Assembly (NCBI GenBank): GCA_963718915.1
Contig: CAVRAI010000007.1
Location: forward strand, 420,001 to 452,000
Length of the DNA stretch: 32,000 nt
Origin: an uncultured Chloroflexia bacterium
GTDB lineage: Bacteria; Chloroflexota; Ktedonobacteria; Ktedonobacterales; JADMIN01
Direction of reading: 5' to 3'
The translations under genes were made by a program, and so were the position numbers. Shown one piece after another: positions 1 to 10,858 of the stretch. The stretch's first letter is position 1; each line of letters opens with the position of its first letter. A model generated the notes under the pieces. That model saw nothing but the letters and a program-made list of their open reading frames with translations, had not been told where the DNA came from and did not search any database.

Positions 1-2406
<2,406 letters not shown>

Positions 2407-2670
2407 GCATTGAAATTAGCCCGGGGGCTGGTCGGAATCATCAGCCTCGATGATCTCGATCAGCCACTGGCGCCAGGAGACGTAGCCGCGCTCGTACTCG
2501 TACTCGATGCCTCTCATCAGCGTCGCGCGAATCGCTTAGTAGCGCGCCAATTGCTCCGCATGCAGACTCGCGTAGGTGCGGGTGAGCCTCAGCGCGCCCA
2601 GAGGGTCGCCGGATGGCCTACGACTGGCCTCGGCCAGCGACGACGGCAGCGTTTGTCTCTGGGGCGTAGT

Positions 2671-4494
2671 CTAATCCGCAGGCTCCAGAATCGATGAAGA
2701 TTCCACCGTCTCGCCCGCTGCGACCGCGCCCTCAGCCACCGTATCTGCCTGGTCTTCCTGCCCGTGGATGTAGCGTTTGCCACGGAAGAACGAGGCGATG
2801 GCGGCGACGATACACATGCCCGCCGCGATGTAGAAGACGGCGTGCAGGCCCACCATGAATGGCGAGGCGATCAGGTTAGGGAAGAACTCCTTGCTGAGCA
2901 GGGCAGCCTGGCTGGATGCCGGCAGCGCGTGCAGCGCCGACGGCGGCAGCAGCGTACCCATCGGGTTGTAGCCCAGGAAGGCGGCAAAGAGTGCGGCGGT
3001 CGGTGGCAGATGCGAGATAGCGGTAGAGAGTGGCGCCGGTAGCCCCGCCTGCGAGAGGCCATTATAGAGTGACGACGGCAGCGCCGCCGCCAGCCCGGCC
3101 GTTACGATGCTGAAGAAGACGCCGATGCTCAGCAGCGATGCCGCGTTCTGGAAGGTCGCGCGCATCCCCGACGCCACGCCGCGATGCTCCGGCGGGACGC
3201 TGTTCATGATCGCGACGGTATTCGGCGCGGCGAACATGCCCAGGCCGAGGCCGAGCAGCAGCAGCAGCGGCGCGAAGACGGCATAGGAGAAGTCGGCGGG
3301 CAGGACAGTCAGCCCCAGGAAGCCGATAGCAGTCAACACCATGCCAAGCGTCGCGAAGAAGCGTGAGCCGAAGCGGTCCGAGAGGATGCCGCTGATCGGC
3401 CCCATGACAATGAAGCCCACCATCAGCGGAATCATATAGATGCCCGCCCAAAGCGGCGTTACCTCGAAGCTGTAGCCGTGCAGCGGCAGCCAGATACCCT
3501 GAAGCCAGATAACGATCATGAACTGCAAGCCGCCCTGCGCCAGCGCCGAGAGAAAAACGCTGAGGTTGCCGAACGAGAACATGCGAATGCGGAACAACTC
3601 CAGCCGGAACATCGGGTGGTCGCTACGCAGTTCGATCCAGATGAAGAGCAGGAGCAGCAGAATGCCCACCACAATCGCCGCGATGACGCCCGGATTGCCC
3701 CAGCCCATCGGCGAGTCGCCATATGGCTCGATGCCATAGGTGATGCCGAGCAGCAGGATCGTCAGCCCCAGTGCGAAGGTCACGTTGCCGGGCCAGTCTA
3801 TCCGCTGGCCGCCGCGAATCGTGGCCGTCTCGCGCAGCATCAGGAAGGCCCAGACTGTGCCAAAGATGCCAATCGGCACGCTAATCAGGAAGACCATGCG
3901 CCAGTTAATCGTGGCAAGAATGCCGCCGAGAATCAGCCCGGCCAGTGAGCCGACGATGGCTGCCACCTGGTTGATGCCCATTGCCATGCCGCGCTGGCGC
4001 GCCGGAAAAGCGTCAATCAGGATGGCGGTGCTGTTAGCGAAGAGAAAGCCCGCCCCCACGCCCTGCACCAGCCGGAAGATGATCATCTCCAATGCAGCGG
4101 TATTCCCCTGGCCCGGCGTCAGAAAGAGCAGGATGCTGCCAAGCGTAAAGACGGCGAAGCCCAGATTATAGAGCTTGACGCGGCCAAAGATGTCTGAGAT
4201 GCGCCCGAAGGTGACGAGCAGCGTTGCGGTGACGACCATGTAGCCGAGCAACAGCCAGAGAAAGTAGTTGGTCTCGCCCGGCGCGAGCGGATTGATGCCG
4301 ATGCCAGTGAAGATGGCGGGCATGGCAATCAGAATGATGCTGGAGTTGACCGTCGCCATCAGTACGCCGAGGGTGGTATTGGATAGGGCAATCCACTTGT
4401 AATTCTCTCCCGGCGGCATCTCATGGCGTCGCTGGCGCGCCGCGCCCGCCGTCTCCCGCACAGTGCTGCTCCTCGATGTTCGTTCGACCGTCAT
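2671..4494 (-). CDS. MFS transporter, DHA2 (EmrB/QacA-like, about 14 TM segments). The start is uncertain (4494, 4419 or 4548).
   Basis: A long hydrophobic ORF with MFS motifs: GRISDIFGRVKLYNLG and the TM1 pattern LGVLMATVNSSIILIAMPAI. An 8-bp hairpin at 4528-4551 argues against the longest start at 4548. Confidence 0.85.
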   Translation of the reverse strand: MTVERTSRSSTVRETAGAARQRRHEMPPGENYKWIALSNTTLGVLMATVNSSIILIAMPAIFTGIGINPLAPGETNYFLWLLLGYMVVTATLLVTFGRISDIFGRVKLYNLGFAVFTLGSILLFLTPGQGNTAALEMIIFRLVQGVGAGFLFANSTAILIDAFPARQRGMAMGINQVAAIVGSLAGLILGGILATINWRMVFLISVPIGIFGTVWAFLMLRETATIRGGQRIDWPGNVTFALGLTILLLGITYGIEPYGDSPMGWGNPGVIAAIVVGILLLLLFIWIELRSDHPMFRLELFRIRMFSFGNLSVFLSALAQGGLQFMIVIWLQGIWLPLHGYSFEVTPLWAGIYMIPLMVGFIVMGPISGILSDRFGSRFFATLGMVLTAIGFLGLTVLPADFSYAVFAPLLLLLGLGLGMFAAPNTVAIMNSVPPEHRGVASGMRATFQNAASLLSIGVFFSIVTAGLAAALPSSLYNGLSQAGLPAPLSTAISHLPPTAALFAAFLGYNPMGTLLPPSALHALPASSQAALLSKEFFPNLIASPFMVGLHAVFYIAAGMCIVAAIASFFRGKRYIHGQEDQADTVAEGAVAAGETVESSSILEPAD

Positions 4495-4591
4495 AGCGAT
4501 GAGTGCTCTCTTCCCGAAAATATGGAAGTCGTGCCGTGATAGTGGCACGACAGCAGGAGACTTTGAGATGAGTCTGTGAGATCCGCAATCC

Positions 4592-4621
4592 AGTATAGTA
4601 TGACGTTGCCGTTTACGTCAA
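4592..4621 (-). promoter_or_regulatory. Candidate sigma70-type promoter for the MFS gene (TTGACG-18-TATACT on the minus strand), overlapping the palindrome TGACGT-N8-ACGTCA at 4601-4620.
   Basis: The reverse complement of 4616-4621 is TTGACG and of 4592-4597 is TATACT. The site sits in an AT-rich divergent intergenic region. Confidence 0.35.
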
Positions 4622-4686
4622 TGTTGTCATCATGCGCTTATTCCCGGAAGTCAGCAAGAAACTACGCATTACTACTGATTATTTAG

Positions 4687-4715
4687 TTGACGAGAGTGCG
4701 TGGCGCCGCTATACT
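4687..4715 (+). promoter_or_regulatory. Candidate sigma70-type promoter (TTGACG-17-TATACT) for the small membrane protein gene
   Basis: TTGACG at 4687-4692, a 17-nt spacer, and TATACT at 4710-4715, about 65 nt upstream of ATG 4781. Confidence 0.45.
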
Positions 4716-4780
4716 GACCCGGTTGACACATCCGCACCGGTGAGCAGGTTGCTCGCCCGTGCCAAAGAGGAGGAATTCTC

Positions 4781-4972
4781 ATGCGTGGTGGTGGCTACGG
4801 TCTTATTGGCCTCGCTGTTCTTATCGGTATCTTTGCGGTGGTGAATCACTTCGTTCTGAGGCTCAACCCTGTTCCTCACTTTAGCACGATTGTTGTGGCC
4901 GTCGGCGTGGTGATAGGCATCGTTGGCCTGGCCATGTCATTCATGGGCGGGCGCTCTGCCGCCACGGCATAA
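4781..4972 (+). CDS. Small (63 aa) two-TM membrane protein, hypothetical
   Basis: A strong SD (AGAGGAGG, about 4765-4772) precedes ATG 4781. There are two clear hydrophobic helices: LIGLAVLIGIFAVV and IVVAVGVVIGIVGLAM. Confidence 0.6.
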   Translation: MRGGGYGLIGLAVLIGIFAVVNHFVLRLNPVPHFSTIVVAVGVVIGIVGLAMSFMGGRSAATA

Positions 4973-5187
4973 TCTCTCCAGGAATTTGCTGGCGAGGCGG
5001 AACTATAGCGTTCTCGCGTCGGGGGTGCGCGCTGGTCTCAGTGAGATTGGCCGCACCCTTTGGGTATGCGCGCCATTCCTAAGCTCTCCTATTTCTCCGA
5101 TCCTGCCAGACAACGGGCCGTTGTGCGATAATGTCCAGCGACGACACCAGTTTCTGTAGCGCCACACATCGGACAGGAGGAGGCGAT

Positions 5188-5943
5188 ATGCCGCTCGCAG
5201 GCAATCTGCGCCAGGCGTCCCTTCTCAATATCCTCAGAACGATTGCCGTCGAACAGCGCGATGGTTGTCTGACGTTGACTCGTGGCCATCTGCGCGCCGA
5301 GATTTATTTCCGCCGTGGGCAGTGGCTGGCGACGGAGCGGGTGCCGGTAGGCCCGCCGCTGACTGAGCAATTCGTCGCAATGGGCTACATGGCGCCAGAT
5401 CAAATCGAGGAAGTGATTCTGGTGCCCTTCGATGAGGCGGCAGTGCTTCCCGACGGACAAATCGTGCAGGCGCTCATGGCCGATGGGCTGCTCACGCGCG
5501 AACAGCTCCAGTATTGGGCGATGAGTGACGCCATCGCGCTCGTCAACGCGATTGCTGGCTGGCCCGATGGCGATTTCTCCTTTGTCGATGGCATCCATCC
5601 GCCGCAGGAACTCGTGCTGGTGCCGATTCCCATCGAGAACATCGTGACGTCGCTTGGGCCGGTCGACCAGCCGCCGAACTCACAGCACTCCGGCCAGAGC
5701 GCCGCCAACATCGCGTTGCGCCCCGACACAGTGCTGACCTTCGCCGATATCCAGGACACGGGCCATATGGTGGAAATCTCGCATGAAGAGTGGGTGGTGC
5801 TGGCGCAGATAGACGGCACGAATCCGCTCGGCGTGATCGCGACAACACTGCAAATGGATGCGCGAATGCTCGTGGATATCGCCTACCACCTGTTGGGCCG
5901 TGGCTTGCTTGTGCCAGCCGTGCCAGCATCCCCTTATGCCTGA
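5188..5943 (+). CDS. DUF4388 (PatA-N-like) domain protein
   Basis: [10 protein letters not shown] lies before ATG 5188. The N-terminus GNLRQASLLNILRTIAVEQRDGCLTLTRG..AEIYFRRGQ matches the DUF4388 pattern from memory. The later WPDGDFSF and EEWVVLAQIDGTNPLGVIA segments are typical of this family. Confidence 0.75.
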   Translation: MPLAGNLRQASLLNILRTIAVEQRDGCLTLTRGHLRAEIYFRRGQWLATERVPVGPPLTEQFVAMGYMAPDQIEEVILVPFDEAAVLPDGQIVQALMADGLLTREQLQYWAMSDAIALVNAIAGWPDGDFSFVDGIHPPQELVLVPIPIENIVTSLGPVDQPPNSQHSGQSAANIALRPDTVLTFADIQDTGHMVEISHEEWVVLAQIDGTNPLGVIATTLQMDARMLVDIAYHLLGRGLLVPAVPASPYA

Positions 5944-7187
5944 GACGTGCTGTTTGTATCCTCCCAGGGCAGCGCGTCATTGAGCAGCAGCGCCGGTACC
6001 ATCTCGCCCTCGGCGACGATGCCCTCACCCTCCGCGATGACCAGATAGGCGGACGCTCCCTGGAGCGACGAGATCAGGTGCGAGTCCTGGGCGCCCGTCT
6101 GACGCGCTTCGAGGATGCCTTCATGGGACGAGAGCCTGACGCGCACGAAATGGCGACGGTCGCCGCGTTCGATGGAACTCCCTGTCAGTCGCGCCTGCAC
6201 CATCGGCCGCTCGACCTGGGCGCAGCCGAGCATCTGGCGGATGGCGGGCCGCCCAAATAGCTCGAACGTGACGGCGGCGGAGGCGGGATTGCCGGGCAGA
6301 CCCAGCAGCGGCGTCTCGCCCAGCAGACCGAAGGCCAGCGGCTTGCCAGGTTTCAGCCGCACCCGCCAGAAATCGATAGTGCCTTGCTCCGCCAGAATCT
6401 GCTTGACGAGGTCATAGTCTCCGACGGAGACGCCTCCTGAGGTCAGGATGAGGTCGGCGGTTCGCGCCTGTTCGAGCTTCGCGCGGATCTCATCGGCACG
6501 GTCGCGCGCAATACCGAGCGGGACAGGCTCTGCCCCGGCGCGCAGCACCGCCGCGATCAGGTACGGCGCGTTAGACTCGCGAATCTGGCCGGGATGCAGC
6601 GTCTCGCCGAGCGGGGCGAGTTCGTCGCCGGTCGCGAGAATGGCAACCCGCGGTCGGCGTCTCACCCGCACTGGATGAATGCCCGCCGCCGCCAGCAGCG
6701 CAATCTCCGCCGGGCCAAGCTGCGTGCCCGCGGCAATCAGGCGCATGCCGGGACGAATATCGCCGCCGACCGGCCGGGTGTTCGTACTCGGGGCAACCGC
6801 CTGGCGCACGGTGACTATGCCATCAGCGACCTCGGTCAGTTCCTGCTGCAGCACCGCATCGGCGCCATCGGGTACGGGCGCTCCCGTCAAAATGCGCACC
6901 GCCTCACCCGCCGCCACGACGCCCGCGTAGACGCGCCCGGCGGGAACCTCGCCCGCCAGCCGGAGCGAGACAGGCGCCTCGGTGGTAGCGCTCTGAGTAT
7001 CCTCCGCGCGCAAGGCATAGCCATCCATCGCGGAGTTGGTGAATGGTGGCGTCTCGTCGTGCGCGATGGCATCCTCAGCCAGAATGCGGTCGAGCGCCGT
7101 GGTGAGCGGAATCGCCTCGGCGGGCAGCGGCGAGTGTGGCGCGATAGCCACCAGGATGCGCGCGCGCGCTTCTTCTACAGTCAGCAT
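5934..7187 (-). CDS. moeA: Molybdopterin molybdenumtransferase MoeA
   Basis: Motifs FTNSAMDGYA, ILATGDEL, TSGGVSVGDYD and LPGNPASA. Start taken as MLTVEEARARIL (ATG at 7187; an alternative upstream ATG is at 7223). Confidence 0.9.
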   Translation of the reverse strand: MLTVEEARARILVAIAPHSPLPAEAIPLTTALDRILAEDAIAHDETPPFTNSAMDGYALRAEDTQSATTEAPVSLRLAGEVPAGRVYAGVVAAGEAVRILTGAPVPDGADAVLQQELTEVADGIVTVRQAVAPSTNTRPVGGDIRPGMRLIAAGTQLGPAEIALLAAAGIHPVRVRRRPRVAILATGDELAPLGETLHPGQIRESNAPYLIAAVLRAGAEPVPLGIARDRADEIRAKLEQARTADLILTSGGVSVGDYDLVKQILAEQGTIDFWRVRLKPGKPLAFGLLGETPLLGLPGNPASAAVTFELFGRPAIRQMLGCAQVERPMVQARLTGSSIERGDRRHFVRVRLSSHEGILEARQTGAQDSHLISSLQGASAYLVIAEGEGIVAEGEMVPALLLNDALPWEDTNSTSQA

Positions 7188-7253
7188 GGCCCTGTCTTTC
7201 TCGCGAAGAGTTTCAGCATACATCCATACTATAGCGCGCCGGGAGGAAGCGCC

Positions 7254-7281
7254 CCAGGCGTCAGGCGTCAGGCGTCAGGCG
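7254..7281. repeat. Heptamer tandem repeat CCAGGCG + (TCAGGCG)x3 at the kinase stop
   Basis: Read directly from the sequence. On the minus strand it places TGA in all three frames (7275-7277, 7268-7270, 7261-7263). Confidence 0.8.
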
Positions 7282-9155
7282 CTGTAGATCGCGAAATTGG
7301 CGAACGCCGCCTCAACATCGTTATCGGGGGTCAGCACGCCCGCGCGGCCAGTCAGCGCCACGCCGCCACGGACCGGCGCCTGGAAGATAAATGCGCCATT
7401 GGCGAAGAGTGTCAGTGTCTTCGCGGTGGGATCCACCAGCACGGCAAGTGTGTTAGTCTGCCCGCCTCCTGGCTTCAGTGAGGGAACATAGCCACTGGTG
7501 AGAAAGACCAGGCCGGTCTCTGGCTGCTGCAACCAGAGTTCAAAGCGCCCTTCCGCAGTGATCAAGTACGAATAATAGGTGTCGCCTTTCTGCGCTGTCG
7601 AGGCGAGAAAGCGCATGCCAGCGTGATCGCTCGCCGCGCCCGCGAGCAGTGTTATATCCACACTGGCGACGTAGGCGCCCTTCGGAATAGGCGCGCTGGC
7701 GGGCATATCGGCGAAGAGCGGCGTCTTCGCGTTGTTGCGCAGGTGCAGCCGGTGGTCTGTGCCGAAAAAGATAGTCTTGCCATTGACTGTCCACGCCGCT
7801 GGATTACCCGTAAGTGTGTCCAAATATACGGGCTTGCCGCCGAGCGCGGCGCGCAACTGCGACTCCGCCTGGCTCTGCGCGTCGAGCGTTGGACTGCTCC
7901 TGACGATGGGCGTGTTCTTGGCGCCAGACGCGGTTGATGGATCGAGGCGCGCGCGTAGGTTGCCAATGCCGGTGATGACGAGTAGCGTGGCGAGCACGCC
8001 GACGAGCAGCAGCCCCGTGATGAGTGTCGCTCGCCGCCGAGAGTTGTTCGGAGCATCGTCCCATGTTTCGGCGACCTTTGGCCCCTCCGACACACGCAGC
8101 AGGCGCTGGATTCGCGAGCGTTGTGGCGTATTGGCGACGACTGGTCTTCTGCCACTTCGTGCCGGGTCCGCCGCGAAGCCCATCTGCGCGAGGGTTCGTT
8201 TTGTCGGCTGCTCTGGCATACGTTCGTCCCAGTCAGCGGCGCCGCTTCTGGTCGGCGGCGCGATGCTCCCCTCGCCGAGCACGGCGTCACTTGCCGAGAG
8301 CGCGTCATCGAGCGCGTGGGCGAATTCGAGGGCATTGACAAATCGCTGTTTTGGCAGTGGCGCCAGCGCATGGAGCAGCACGGCGTCCAGCCCATCCTCC
8401 AGCGCTGGATTGAGTCGTGAGGGCGGGATGATTGATCGGGGCGCGTTGCCGCTCATGATCCTCTGCGCCTCCGCCGAGACTGGCCGGATACCTGTCAGCA
8501 GGTAGTAGGCGAGCGCGGCGAGGCTGTACTGGTCGGACGCTGGCGTTGGGTCACCCTGTAGCTGCTCAGGCGCGACCCACGCAAGCTGCTCGACGGCCCA
8601 TTCCGGCGGCACCGGCCCCGGGTGGAGCAGCGAAGCTATGGCGGCCTGGGCGAGAAAGGCATGGCCAAAATCGCTGATGGCGACAATCGGCGAGCCGTCG
8701 GCGGCGGTACGCATGAACAGGTTGGTCGGCTTGAGGTCGCCGTGCGTCAGCCCCTGCGCATGGATATCGGCGAGCGTGCGGGCGATCTGCGCGACGATGC
8801 TGGTGACGATAGTAGGGCGTAGCGGCAACGTCACGCTGGACTGGCTGCTGTTGAGCGTGTCGCCGAGGGATCCGCCGTGGGCAAACGCCATCACGATGGC
8901 CAGGTCATTGCCCTGGACCGCGTTGCTATAACACGGCAGAATGTGGGGATGCTTCAGCGACGCCGCGAATTGCGTCTGACGCATCAGCTCCTGCGCGACC
9001 GGTTCGCTCCGGGCATCGTGATACACCTTGATGGCGACCTGCCCCGCGACCGGCCCATCGAGTGGCGCCTCCGCAAGGTAGACCTCGCCTGCTCCGCCGC
9101 GTCCTAGCAGCCGTAACAGCCGATAGCCATCGAAGGAGACGCCTTCCAGTGTCAC
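7275..9155 (-). CDS. Membrane-anchored Ser/Thr protein kinase (Hanks type) with a C-terminal extracytoplasmic domain
   Basis: GTG start at 9155 with SD GGAGG. Kinase motifs: GRGGAGEVY, VAIKVY, HGDLKPTNLF (G replaces the usual R of HRD), DFGHA and VAPE. There is a single TM segment (LITGLLLVGVLATLLVITGI) followed by a beta-rich C-terminal domain of about 230 aa. Confidence 0.9.
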   Translation of the reverse strand: MTLEGVSFDGYRLLRLLGRGGAGEVYLAEAPLDGPVAGQVAIKVYHDARSEPVAQELMRQTQFAASLKHPHILPCYSNAVQGNDLAIVMAFAHGGSLGDTLNSSQSSVTLPLRPTIVTSIVAQIARTLADIHAQGLTHGDLKPTNLFMRTAADGSPIVAISDFGHAFLAQAAIASLLHPGPVPPEWAVEQLAWVAPEQLQGDPTPASDQYSLAALAYYLLTGIRPVSAEAQRIMSGNAPRSIIPPSRLNPALEDGLDAVLLHALAPLPKQRFVNALEFAHALDDALSASDAVLGEGSIAPPTRSGAADWDERMPEQPTKRTLAQMGFAADPARSGRRPVVANTPQRSRIQRLLRVSEGPKVAETWDDAPNNSRRRATLITGLLLVGVLATLLVITGIGNLRARLDPSTASGAKNTPIVRSSPTLDAQSQAESQLRAALGGKPVYLDTLTGNPAAWTVNGKTIFFGTDHRLHLRNNAKTPLFADMPASAPIPKGAYVASVDITLLAGAASDHAGMRFLASTAQKGDTYYSYLITAEGRFELWLQQPETGLVFLTSGYVPSLKPGGGQTNTLAVLVDPTAKTLTLFANGAFIFQAPVRGGVALTGRAGVLTPDNDVEAAFANFAIYSA

Positions 9156-9291
9156 ATCATCCTCCGCCTGTTTTCGTATCCGTCAGGCGCGCAACGCAAA
9201 CGGCTACGCGAGCGCTCACGCACCGCCAGTATCAAATGCCGCCTGTCAGGACGTCAAGCAGAGGGGACGATGCGCCTACACGTGGACCAGG

Positions 9292-9373
9292 CGAAGGGTA
9301 TCGTTTGCCTGAGGCATGTGCGCCGTAGTCTTCAGGCCACGGCTCGCCTCAAGCGAGGAAACGATACCCTTTG
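9292..9373. other. Structured intergenic element: a 13-bp perfect closing stem (15 bp with one GU and one CG extension) around two internal hairpins
   Basis: AAGGGTATCGTTT (9294-9306) pairs with AAACGATACCCTT (9359-9371). Inner stems are GCCTGA/TCAGGC (9307-9312/9332-9337) and CTCGC/GCGAG (9343-9347/9353-9357). Confidence 0.3.
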
Positions 9374-9517
9374 GCTCTTTCCTCCCGCCAGTGTGGTGAG
9401 ACCGCAACCACCGCCAGCTACCAACTGCTATACTGTAGCTGATGTGAGCGCTGCGGCGTCTGCTGCCGTCACCTATCAGCCATCATTTACCCGCCAAAGA
9501 TCATCAAGGAGCCAGCC

Positions 9518-10688
9518 GTGGAACTCTCGCGCCGCCTGCAAAGCCTGCCGCCGTATCACTTCGCCGCCTACGCCCGCAAGATCGCCGAGAAGCGCGCATC
9601 GGGCGTAGATGTCATCAGCCTCTCGATGGGCGATCCCGACCTGCCGACGCCGCCCGAGGTCCTCGACGCGCTGACGACTTCCGCGCACGATCCAGCCAAC
9701 CAGCGCTATCCCGAATATGCGGGGATGCCCGAGCTGCGCCAGGCGTATGCCGACTGGTTCAGTCGCCGCTTCGGCGTCACGCTCGATCCCGCGCGTGAGG
9801 TGCTGCCACTGATTGGCTCGAAGGAGGGGCTGGCCCACCTGCCCGCCGTCATCATGAACGAGGGCGATGTCGCGCTGCTGCCCAACCCCAACTATCCGGT
9901 GGCGGCGACGGCGGTGGCGATGATTGGCGGCGTAGCGCATGAGCTGCCGCTCTGCGGAGGAGAACGGCTGGCTGCCTGACCTCAACGCCATCCCGGAGGA
10001 GACGCTCAGCCGCGCCCGCACGCTCTGGCTGAACTATCCCAACAACCCGACGGGCGCCACCGCGCCGCGCGCGTTCTTCGAGGAGGCGGTGCGCTTCGCT
10101 CGTGAGCATGGGCTGCTGCTGATCCACGATATGGCCTACGCCGAGGTCTGTTTCGATGGCGCGCGTCCAGCCAGCGTGCTGGAGGTTGATGGGGCGAAGG
10201 ATGTTGCCGTCGAGCTACACTCGCTCTCGAAGGCGTACAACATGGCGGGCTTCCGCATCGGCGCACTGGTTGGCAATGCCACTGTCGTCGAGGGATTGAC
10301 ACGGCTCAAGAGCAACATCGATACGGGCATCTTCAAGCCGATTCAGATCGCGGCGATACGCGCGCTTGGCCTGCCGCCAGAGTGGGTGGCGGAGCGCAAC
10401 ACGATTTACCAGCGGCGGCGTGATCGTGTCGTGGCCGCGTGCCAGCGCATCGGCCTGCGGGTGGCGACGCCGGAGGCGGGTCTCTACGTCTGGCCGCGCA
10501 TCCCCGATGGTCGCACCTCCACTGAGTTCGCCTTCGATCTGCTCGATCATGCGGGCATCGCCGTCACTCCCGGCACGAATTTCGGCTCGAACGGCGAGGG
10601 CTACGTACGCATCTCACTCACCGTAGCCGACGACCGCCTGGATGAGGCGATGGCGCGGCTGGAGGAGAATATCGCGGCGCGGGCGTAA
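9518..10688 (+). pseudogene. Class I/II PLP aminotransferase (AspC / LL-DAP aminotransferase-like) split by a +1 frame disruption near 9950-9956
   Basis: ORF 9518-9979 ends ...GGVAHELPLCGGERLAA*. ORF 9939-10688 continues ...AEENGWLPDLNAIPEE...NYPNNPTG...SKAYNMAGFRIG. Skipping one nt (about T9953) gives a contiguous HELPLAEENGWLPDL. GTG 9518 has SD AAGGAG. Confidence 0.8.
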
Positions 10689-10801
10689 GCGCTAGAAGGT
10701 AGCTGGCGACTGAAGTCGCGCCTCAATGGCCTGTGGCCACAAAGTCCGCCTGCGCGGACTCACCAGAGTCTGCCTCAATGGCTAGTGCGATAAGGTGAAA
10801 G

Positions 10802-10822
10802 AAACCCGCGACGGCGGGTTTT
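10802..10822. terminator. Hairpin AAACCCGC-GACG-GCGGGTTT(T) between convergent genes; possible bidirectional terminator and part of a repeat unit
   Basis: An 8-bp perfect stem with T-rich flanks on both strands, located between the aminotransferase stop (10688) and the PLP-enzyme stop (11142). Confidence 0.4.
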
Positions 10823-10858
10823 GTGGTCGACCGCAGGGAGGCCGTTCAGGCGCGGTTT

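Noticed and set aside
2407-2670. Non-coding-looking gap after atpD. It contains the plus-strand ORF 2410-2697 (TTG start, 95 aa). On the minus strand the MFS frame stays open past its TAG, with one further TAA, and includes a 33-aa ORF (MRGIEYEYERGYVSWRQWLIEIIEADDSDQPPG).
   Set aside because: It does not resemble ATP synthase epsilon. There is no SD, and open frames of this length are expected by chance at this GC content. I cannot support a gene or a decayed gene here.
6594-7481. 295-aa plus-strand ORF spanning moeA and the kinase 3' end. ORFs 7652-8395(-), 7732-8505(+) and the other alternative-frame ORFs inside the kinase belong to the same class.
   Set aside because: All overlap strongly supported genes (MoeA and kinase motifs) and show Arg-rich nonsense composition.
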